Part shown: piece by piece, positions 26,384-33,179 of the stretch
How the letters are laid out: each line of letters starts with the position of its first letter
How positions within the stretch are numbered: position 1 is the first letter of the stretch
Assembly: GCA_038046625.1 (NCBI GenBank)
Contig: JBBSVV010000005.1
Span: forward strand, 7,103 to 50,185
DNA length: 43,083 nucleotides
Source of the DNA: an archaeon
GTDB lineage: Archaea > Iainarchaeota > Iainarchaeia > Iainarchaeales > Iainarchaeaceae
Direction: 5' to 3'
The notes under the pieces: model-generated
Told to the model about the DNA's origin: nothing
Seen by the model: only the letters and a program-made list of their open reading frames with translations
Databases searched by the model: none
Made by a program: the position numbers and the translations under genes

Positions 26384-27985
26384 TCATTCCAAACCCTCCG
26401 CGATTTCAATTGCCCTCAATGCCGCTTTCGCCTTTTTCTCGGTTTCCTCGAACTCCTTCTCAGGAACCGAATCGAACACAATGCCGGCTCCGGCTCTCAC
26501 ATAAGCCCTTCCTTTCTGCAGGGACATGCTCCTTATGACAATTGCGGAATCAAAGTCGCCTGAAGGCGTCAAGTAGCCTATGCTTCCTCCGTAAAACCCG
26601 CGCCTGGTCTTTTCATGCAGGCGTATCAGCTTCATTGCCTCTACCTTCGGCGCCCCAGTTAAGGTCCCCATGTTCATGGATGCGAGGTAAGCGTGCAGCG
26701 CATCCAAGTCGCTTTTCAGAATTCCTGAAACATTGCTCATGAGGTGCTGGACATGAGAGTACTTCTCAATCATGTAAGGCCTGTCACAATGCCTGGTTCC
26801 CGGTTCGCACACGCGCGCAACGTCATTGCGCGCCAAATCAATGAGCATCGTGTGCTCCGCCATTTCCTTCTCATCATTCTTCAATTCCGCTTCATAGCGT
26901 GAATCCAAATCCAAATCTATTTTCCCGTTTATTATGCCTCTCGGTTTTGTTCCCGCAATCGGCCGTATCTCAACTTTTTTCCTTTCGTCCCCTTCCACTT
27001 TGAGGAAGGTTTCGGGGCTGCTCCCCAAAAGTATTCCGGAACTGTTGTTGAAGTAGAACATGTAAGGGCTCGGGTTTAATTCGCGCAGGGCATTGTAAAT
27101 GTCCAGCGGTTCCGCCGAGTATGCCGCAATCATTGTCCTTGAAGGCACAACCTGGAAAACATCGCCAATGAGAACGTGCTTCTTGAGCCTCTCAACCATC
27201 GCGACAAACTCCTTCTTTGGTGTGTCGCTCGAAATCGATATTTTCTTTTTTTTATGGGGCTTCGGCTTCGGGGCAGTGGCGTCCAGCATTTTCCTGTATC
27301 CGTCAATTACTTCTGTGCACCTTTTTTCCTCGCTTTCCATGTCTTTTTCCGAAAAAATCAGCGCGTTGCACACAAAGCTTATTTCGTTTTTTTTGTGTTC
27401 GACAATGAAAAGGTTGTCGTAAAAATTCATTTCATAATCGGGCTCCTTCAGGACATCCTTCCTGTTCTTCGGGAGCTCCTCGAAATTGTCTATGAAATCA
27501 TACCCGATTGCGCCGATCAGGCCGCCGTACATGACAAAGGGCTTGTATGCGGGCTTCAGCCTGAATGCTATTGCGCGAAGCACATCCGCATGCGTTTTTC
27601 TCTTCAGCCTTTCCGATTCGCTCACCGTGCCCTTGTCAATTTTTATGCTTCCGGAAATTTTGTCCGCAGTGATTTTCAATCCGGAGCAGAAATCAAGGGA
27701 ATGGGCGATTTCTTTGAGGAATTTCCCGCCGGTTTCGCTGAGCGCAATCACCTCGAACCTTTCTCCTTTTCCGCGCGCCTTGAGGCAGGGCTCCGCGCTC
27801 CCGATGCTCTTTTCACCGTACTTTGTAACCACGTCGGCGCTTTCAAGCAAAACACAGTTCTTTTTTCTGCCGTAATCCGAGATTTTCGCGAAGAAATCGC
27901 AGGCGTTTCCGCTGAAAGGCATTGTTTCGTACAGCGGGACAATGCTTCCCGGCCTTGACTTCAATAGTTCTTCCGTGCCTTTCAT
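26384..27985 (-). CDS. trpE: anthranilate synthase component I
   Basis: About 533 aa from the ATG at 27985 (MKGTEELLK), with a C-terminal chorismate-binding domain (GAGIVFDSVPEKEFEETE). The track ORF extension to 28099 reads into the tRNA gene. Confidence 0.9.
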   Translation of the reverse strand: MKGTEELLKSRPGSIVPLYETMPFSGNACDFFAKISDYGRKKNCVLLESADVVTKYGEKSIGSAEPCLKARGKGERFEVIALSETGGKFLKEIAHSLDFCSGLKITADKISGSIKIDKGTVSESERLKRKTHADVLRAIAFRLKPAYKPFVMYGGLIGAIGYDFIDNFEELPKNRKDVLKEPDYEMNFYDNLFIVEHKKNEISFVCNALIFSEKDMESEEKRCTEVIDGYRKMLDATAPKPKPHKKKKISISSDTPKKEFVAMVERLKKHVLIGDVFQVVPSRTMIAAYSAEPLDIYNALRELNPSPYMFYFNNSSGILLGSSPETFLKVEGDERKKVEIRPIAGTKPRGIINGKIDLDLDSRYEAELKNDEKEMAEHTMLIDLARNDVARVCEPGTRHCDRPYMIEKYSHVQHLMSNVSGILKSDLDALHAYLASMNMGTLTGAPKVEAMKLIRLHEKTRRGFYGGSIGYLTPSGDFDSAIVIRSMSLQKGRAYVRAGAGIVFDSVPEKEFEETEKKAKAALRAIEIAEGLE

Positions 27986-28038
27986 AAAAACCACAAAACC
28001 GCGCTTCGGCGCCTCTTTCTTTTTGGTACAGCTTTTTC

Positions 28039-28058
28039 CTTTCTCTGCAAAGAGAAAG
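28039..28058 (-). promoter_or_regulatory. hairpin in the tRNA-Trp to trpE spacer
   Basis: Minus-strand CTTTCTC-TTTGCA-GAGAAAG has a 7-bp stem flanked by T5 and A5 that can extend it. It lies immediately 3' of the tRNA. Confidence 0.4.
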
Positions 28059-28069
28059 AAAAAGGTGTG

Positions 28070-28142
28070 TGGAGACAGAGGGATTTGAACCCCCATCAAT
28101 CGGTCTGGAGCCGATTACACTACCAGGTTATGCTATGTCTCC
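28070..28142 (-). tRNA. tRNA-Trp (anticodon CCA)
   Basis: Folded by hand. Acceptor GGAGACA/TGTCTCC, anticodon stem ATCGG/CCGAT with loop CTCCAGA, T-arm GGGGG-TTCAAAT-CCCTC, discriminator A73, no encoded CCA. G1-C72 plus A73 is the archaeal/eukaryal Trp identity set. Confidence 0.9.
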
Positions 28143-28334
28143 AAAACACCCCCTGCATTTGAATTAGCAAGTATAGGGGGATAGAATTCGTATGGGGGAT
28201 TTTTAAAAATAGGAAATTTCAAACGCATGGCTAGCAAGAACTTATTGGAAATTGCTCCAAAGTAAATCCCTTCTGGCCATAAAATCAGTAAATATTGGGG
28301 CTTCAATGTTATTTAAATGTTGCTTTTGGGGTTC

Positions 28335-28985
28335 TCACACGAACTGCTCGGAAAGGTTCCTTTCAAGATAGCCGCTTCCTTCTGCACCTGTTTCCGCAAG
28401 AAAGTACTTAACCGCTGTCTTGTGCGGCCTGTATTCAATGCTGTAAATGCAGTCGTTCGGAATCGAGATTTCCATTTTTTCTTTTGGAGAGAGGCCAAGC
28501 ATGCTCCCGATAATGAGCCTTCCTGTTCCTTGATGCGTAACAACCAGGATTTTCCTGCTCGCATACTTTTCACGAAACTCCGCAAGCAATGGCCGCACGC
28601 GCCGCTCATCAACGCCCTTGTAGCTCTCTCCATTCGGATGCACAAATTCGTATGGGTTTTCAACCTTTTTTTCCCACTCGCCAGGAAATTTCTGCGTTAT
28701 TTCCTTCGGAGTGAGGCCGGAAAAAAGCCCGTAATCAAGCTCAATCAGCGCCTCAAGCGAAGTTGAGTTCAGCCCTTTCTGGAACGACAATATCTGTTCT
28801 GCGGTTTGCGTGCATCTTCGCAAGGGCGAAGTGAATGCCGCGTAAAACTTTTCTGCAGAAAGCTTTTCGCCGATGAGTTTGGCCTGTGCAATTCCGTTGC
28901 CGTTCAGTGGGTTATCGGTGCGGCCCTGATAACGCTTCTCTTTATTGTAATCCGTTTCGCTGTGCCTGCACAAAACGAGTTCCAT
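28335..28985 (-). CDS. histidine phosphatase superfamily protein (phosphoglycerate-mutase-like)
   Basis: 216 aa with N-terminal LCRHSETDYN (RHG-type motif) and a later VVTHQG. It is 1 nt downstream of the DAHP synthase stop. Confidence 0.85.
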   Translation of the reverse strand: MELVLCRHSETDYNKEKRYQGRTDNPLNGNGIAQAKLIGEKLSAEKFYAAFTSPLRRCTQTAEQILSFQKGLNSTSLEALIELDYGLFSGLTPKEITQKFPGEWEKKVENPYEFVHPNGESYKGVDERRVRPLLAEFREKYASRKILVVTHQGTGRLIIGSMLGLSPKEKMEISIPNDCIYSIEYRPHKTAVKYFLAETGAEGSGYLERNLSEQFV

Positions 28986-28986
28986 T

Positions 28987-30003
28987 TCAAATCAGCTTTC
29001 TGTCAACCGCGAGTGCAACACGCTTTAAATCAGCGTAAAGCTTCTCAAAATCAGGGATGCTCAGCTGCTGCGCCTGATCACTTAACGCCTTTTCCGGGTT
29101 GTTGTGAACCTCAATAAGCAGGCCGTCTGCACCCACGGCAATTGCCGCCTTGCTCAAAGCAGGAATCGGGCCCCTTTTTCCCGCGGCATGGCACGGGTCA
29201 ACAATAATCGGGAGATGGCTTAGGCTCTTTATGACAGGCACCGCACTCAAATTCAGCGTGTTCCTGGTCTGGGGTTCGAAAGTCCTTATTCCGCGCTCGC
29301 AGAGAATGACGTTCATATTGCCCTCATTCATTATGTACTCGGCGGCAAACAGCCACTCGTCAATGGTTGTAGAGAGCCCATTCTTCAGGATAACGGGCTT
29401 GTTCACCTTGCCCACTTCCTTGAGCAAATCGTAATTCTGGACGTTGCGCGCGCCAACCCTTATGATGTCAACGTACTTCGCAATCAATTCAACATTGCGC
29501 GGATCCATAACTTCGGTTTCAACAACCATGCCTGTTTCTTCCTTGACCTTCTTTATTATTTTCAGGCCCTTTTCCCCAAGGCCTTGGAACTCATAAGGCG
29601 AGGTGCGCGGCTTGTACGCAGAGCTCCTGAAAACCCTGACACCCATTTTTTTGAGCGCATTCGCAATCTCAAACATCTGCTCCTCGCTTTCAACCGCGCA
29701 TGGGCCCGCAATCATCACGACTTCATTTCCGCCGAATCTTACCCCTCCTGCTTCCACTATTGAGTTGTGTGGCTGCACTTCGCGCGAGGCGCGCTTGTAA
29801 GGCTTCTGCACGGACATGACCTTTTCCACAAAGCTCAGGTTCTCGAGCTTCTCGCGGGAAATCTTGGCGACGTTCCCGATGACGCCTATAATGACTTTTT
29901 TCTCGCCCTTTGAAATATGTGCCTGCAGCCCAGCTTCCTTTATGATGTCCACTACCTTGTCAATTTGCCCCTGCGAAACCGACCTGTCCATTACAACTAT
30001 CAT
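28987..30003 (-). CDS. aroF: 3-deoxy-7-phosphoheptulonate (DAHP) synthase, class I-beta with N-terminal ferredoxin-like regulatory domain
   Basis: KPRTSPYEFQGLG, IGARN and CERGIRTF motifs. The N-terminus MIVVMD... (ATG at 30003, 338 aa) matches, from memory, the start and length of the Thermotoga maritima enzyme. The ORF is open to a GTG at 30066. Confidence 0.9.
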   Translation of the reverse strand: MIVVMDRSVSQGQIDKVVDIIKEAGLQAHISKGEKKVIIGVIGNVAKISREKLENLSFVEKVMSVQKPYKRASREVQPHNSIVEAGGVRFGGNEVVMIAGPCAVESEEQMFEIANALKKMGVRVFRSSAYKPRTSPYEFQGLGEKGLKIIKKVKEETGMVVETEVMDPRNVELIAKYVDIIRVGARNVQNYDLLKEVGKVNKPVILKNGLSTTIDEWLFAAEYIMNEGNMNVILCERGIRTFEPQTRNTLNLSAVPVIKSLSHLPIIVDPCHAAGKRGPIPALSKAAIAVGADGLLIEVHNNPEKALSDQAQQLSIPDFEKLYADLKRVALAVDRKLI

Positions 30004-30067
30004 TCTTTCCATCTCCCTTTGTCCGATGAATTGTAATTGCGAATTCTTAAAAAGCCGATTACGCACT

Positions 30068-31894
30068 TCATTTCAATGCCTCCTTGATAATTGCCCTATA
30101 GCCGATATTGTACTTTTCAACCAATTCTTCCGGTTTCCCGGAGTGCGGAATCCCCTTCACGAAAAGCCTCTTCACCTCTATGCCGGAACCAGCGAGTTCC
30201 GAAGCAATCATTTCTCCGATGCCGCCTTCCGCATAATGGTCTTCGCTCACGACAATTTTTCCTCCATGCGCCTTCGCAAATGCAATGAATTTTTTCGAAT
30301 CGAAAGGCTTCACACAATAAAGGTCAATTACTGCTGCCTTCACATTCTGCTTTTCGAGCTCCTGCGAAGCCTTCAACGATTCATGCAGAGTTATTCCCGC
30401 GCCCACCAGAATAACCTTGTCAACTCGAGATTCCTTCAGCACCTTGAAGCCGCCGGCCTCGAACTTTTCCGAAGCGGAATAAAGTACGGGCGTTTTTCCG
30501 CGCGTGGTGCGGATATACTTGATTCCTGGCATTGAAGCGCACAACTCCACGATTTTTTCCGCGGCAACGGCATCGCTTGGGTAAAACACTGCGCTGTTCG
30601 GCAAAGCCCTGAACAATGCGATGTCCTCGAGACCCATCTGCGAAGCCCCGTCCTCGCCAATTGAAACTCCAGCATGAGAACCACAAACGGTTATTGAGGC
30701 CGAGGAAAGCGCGGCCATCCTTATCTGGTCGTGGCACCTTGAAAGGAAAGCCGCAAAGGTAGAGGCGAAAGGCCTGAAGCCCTTAACCGAAAGCCCCAAT
30801 GCAACGCCGATCATGTTCTGCTCCTGAATATAAGTTTCGACGAATTGCTTCGGCCCGAATTTTTTCACTTCCTCGGAATGCGTTGAATTGCTCACTTCCG
30901 CATCAACAATAATCGCGCCTGAATCAGCCTGAACGAGGTTTGCAAGGGCATTTCCATAACCGGACCTCGTCGCAATTGCGTTCCCCAACTTGTAATCCGT
31001 GAACTTCATTTTCGAGGCCTCGGCCTTCTTCACCGGGATTTTTTCCGGCTTCTGCACAGAAACTTTTGGGAACGGGACATCCGGAATTTCCTTCAATGCC
31101 GCTTCCAATTTGTCCTGCGGAACAGGCTTTCCATGCCAATTATCCTTGTTCTCCAAAAAAGAAACGCCTCTGCCCTTGAAAGTTTTTGCAATTATGGCGA
31201 ACGGTTTTTCCGAACCGCGCGCCTTTTCAAGCGCAGCAAGAACCTCTGAAACATTGTGCCCGTCAATTGCAATTGTTTCCCAGCCGAAAGCATTGAAGCG
31301 CGCTTCATAAGGCCTGAGATTGTGGCCTTCCATTGTTTCTCCGCGCTGCCCCAGCCTGTTTGCGTCAACAATCGCAACGAGGTTATTCAGATTATAGTGG
31401 TGAGCGAACTGCAAGGCCTCATACACAGAGCCTTCAGCAATCTCGCTGTCACCCATAAGCACAAATACGCGGAACTTCCTTCCCTGCTTTTTCGAAGCAA
31501 GAGCCATCCCACAGCCAACCGAAAGCCCCTGTCCAAGCGAACCGGTTGCGACCTTAATGTTTTTCAAAGAGTTGGGCATCGGGTGCCCCTCAAGAGGCGA
31601 ATCTATTTTTCTCAGTGAAAGCAAATTCTCCTTTATTGCGCCCGCATGGAACAAACATGAGTAAAGAATGGGCGCCGCGTGCCCCTTGCTCAAAACGAAC
31701 TCATCGTTGTCCGGATTCAAAGGGTCCTTTGCATCAAATTTCATTTCGCTGAAAAAAAGCGAGGCCATTATTTCCGCGCACGACATGCATGAGGTCGGGT
31801 GCCCTGAACCGGCAGATGCGGTCATTTTTATGGAGTCGCGCCGCAAAACTGCGGCAATCGCCTTCAAATCCTTTTTTTCAGCCATAAAACTCAC
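30068..31894 (-). CDS. tkt: transketolase (full-length, single polypeptide)
   Basis: 608 aa with SGHPTS, GDSEIAEG and GEDGASQMGLED motifs. GTG at 31894 overlaps the pheA stop; an ATG at 31885 is an alternative. Confidence 0.95.
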   Translation of the reverse strand: MSFMAEKKDLKAIAAVLRRDSIKMTASAGSGHPTSCMSCAEIMASLFFSEMKFDAKDPLNPDNDEFVLSKGHAAPILYSCLFHAGAIKENLLSLRKIDSPLEGHPMPNSLKNIKVATGSLGQGLSVGCGMALASKKQGRKFRVFVLMGDSEIAEGSVYEALQFAHHYNLNNLVAIVDANRLGQRGETMEGHNLRPYEARFNAFGWETIAIDGHNVSEVLAALEKARGSEKPFAIIAKTFKGRGVSFLENKDNWHGKPVPQDKLEAALKEIPDVPFPKVSVQKPEKIPVKKAEASKMKFTDYKLGNAIATRSGYGNALANLVQADSGAIIVDAEVSNSTHSEEVKKFGPKQFVETYIQEQNMIGVALGLSVKGFRPFASTFAAFLSRCHDQIRMAALSSASITVCGSHAGVSIGEDGASQMGLEDIALFRALPNSAVFYPSDAVAAEKIVELCASMPGIKYIRTTRGKTPVLYSASEKFEAGGFKVLKESRVDKVILVGAGITLHESLKASQELEKQNVKAAVIDLYCVKPFDSKKFIAFAKAHGGKIVVSEDHYAEGGIGEMIASELAGSGIEVKRLFVKGIPHSGKPEELVEKYNIGYRAIIKEALK

Positions 31895-32955
31895 TCGTAA
31901 ACAGCTTTTTGCGGGTAGCTCCCCAGTATCTTCAGCATTCCCGTGTTTTCCCTCATTTCGTGGAGCGCCTTTTTCACGTTCTCATCATCCACAAAGCCCT
32001 CGAAGTCAACGAAGAAAACGTACTCCCATGTCTTGAGCTTTGTCGGCCTTGACTCGATCTTCGTCATGTTGACCTTGAATTTTTTCAGCGGCTCCAATGC
32101 GTCAAAAAGCGCCCCCGCCCTGTGGTGCGTCGCGAACAATATGCTTGTCTTGTTTTTTGCGGATTTTTTCGGCTCGCTTTTCCCTATGGCCAAAAACCTG
32201 GTTTTGTTGTTTCCCCTGTCCTGAATATTCTTTGCCACAATGCCGAGGCCGTACTTCTGCGCCGCAAGCTCGGATGCAATCGCGGCCGAGTTGATGTAAA
32301 GCGAGGCCGATTCCGCGCTCTTGGCCGTTGAGGATGCGTCCGCGATTTCGGCTTTCGGCAAATTGGCTGCAATCCATTCCCTGCACTGTGCCAGGGCCAT
32401 GGGCTGGGCAAAAATTTTTGTGATGTCCTGCAGCCTGTACTTTGACAAGAGGTTCTGGCTCACATCAAGAGAAATTTCCGCCACAATGTTAAGTTCGGAG
32501 TTCAGGAACATGTCATAAGTGTGGTCTACAATGCCCGCCAGTGAATTCTCTATCGGCACAACGCCGAAGTCAACTTCCTTTTTCTCGACGCAGGTAAATA
32601 CCTCCATGATGCTCGGCTTTGCAAGGTATTCTGCCGCGCTCCCGAACTGCTTCAATGCGGCCGCATGCGTGAACGTGGTTTCCGGGCCGAAAAATGCCAC
32701 TTTAAGGGGCTGTTGTGCCTTCCTCGAAACACTGAAAACTTCGCGGAAAATCGCCTCGAGGCCTTCCTTTGGAAAAGATGTTTTTCCGCTCAATTTCGAG
32801 ATTATTTCCTCTTCACGCGCGGGATCGTAAATTGACTCATGCGAGGCTCTTTTCTCCTTTCCTATTTCCTTTGCGAGTGCCAGCCTTTTGTCCAAAAGCA
32901 CGGCTATTTCCTCGTCAACCCTGTCTATTTCCTCCCTATTTTTTTCCAAGCTCAT
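31891..32955 (-). CDS. pheA: bifunctional chorismate mutase / prephenate dehydratase (P-protein) with ACT domain
   Basis: 354 aa with an N-terminal CM_2-like helix bundle (EEIDRVDEEIAVLLDKRLALAKEIGKEK), a PDT core (NKTRFLAIG) and a C-terminal ACT (ESRPTK). Confidence 0.9.
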   Translation of the reverse strand: MSLEKNREEIDRVDEEIAVLLDKRLALAKEIGKEKRASHESIYDPAREEEIISKLSGKTSFPKEGLEAIFREVFSVSRKAQQPLKVAFFGPETTFTHAAALKQFGSAAEYLAKPSIMEVFTCVEKKEVDFGVVPIENSLAGIVDHTYDMFLNSELNIVAEISLDVSQNLLSKYRLQDITKIFAQPMALAQCREWIAANLPKAEIADASSTAKSAESASLYINSAAIASELAAQKYGLGIVAKNIQDRGNNKTRFLAIGKSEPKKSAKNKTSILFATHHRAGALFDALEPLKKFKVNMTKIESRPTKLKTWEYVFFVDFEGFVDDENVKKALHEMRENTGMLKILGSYPQKAVYE

Positions 32956-33038
32956 TCAGATCAACTCCATTAAATCCTGTAACTAAACAAATAAAACCAA
33001 TTTGTGAAACCCCTTGGGCGCGTCCCCCTCGGAGTTTT

Positions 33039-33140
33039 TTACCACGAAAAAAAGTAAAAATAGAAGTAAAAGCCGATTTTGTCCGCTATCCACTTGAAAA
33101 CCGTTTTTGTTCCGGAAACAGCGGAGTAAATCATGTACAT
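33039..33140 (-). CDS. candidate aromatic-amino-acid leader peptide (33 codons)
   Basis: My own translation is MYMIYSAVSGTKTVFKWIADKIGFYFYFYFFSW*. 13 of 33 residues are aromatic, and 9 of the last 10. An A/T box AATTTAAA (33158-33165) lies 22-28 nt upstream of the two ATGs. The peptide ends 83 nt before pheA. Confidence 0.45.
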   Translation of the reverse strand: MYMIYSAVSGTKTVFKWIADKIGFYFYFYFFSW

Positions 33141-33145
33141 AATAG

Positions 33146-33157
33146 CCCCTAAAGGGG
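33146..33157. promoter_or_regulatory. CCCCTAAAGGGG palindrome (copy Y) between A/T box and leader ATG
   Basis: A perfect 4+4 palindrome placed where an archaeal repressor would block initiation. Related copies are at 13837-13855 and 17588-17598. Confidence 0.35.
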
Positions 33158-33179
33158 TTTAAATTGGTTATCTTTCGGC

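Noticed and set aside
27982-28050. TTG-initiated 22-codon uORF ((M)QRKEKAVPKRKRRRSAVLWFL*) ending on the trpE ATGA, with one Trp codon
   Set aside because: It has only a TTG start, a single Trp codon and no enrichment. A ribosome stalled there would sit on the trpE start, which does not make regulatory sense. I kept it only as a note under the tRNA-Trp finding.
27986-28099. N-terminal extension of the trpE track ORF
   Set aside because: It reads through the tRNA-Trp gene (28070-28142) and its 3' hairpin. The conserved TrpE sequence starts at the ATG at 27985.
33134-33139. TGTACA (within palindrome ATGTACAT) at the aromatic leader start, and TGTACC in the trpE spacer and elements B and C, reminiscent of the TRP box bound by TrpY in Methanothermobacter (from memory)
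   Set aside because: TGTACA is a 6-bp palindrome expected about 10 times by chance in 43 kb. I found several copies inside unrelated CDSs, and no trpY-like gene is present in the window. The evidence is too weak to call.
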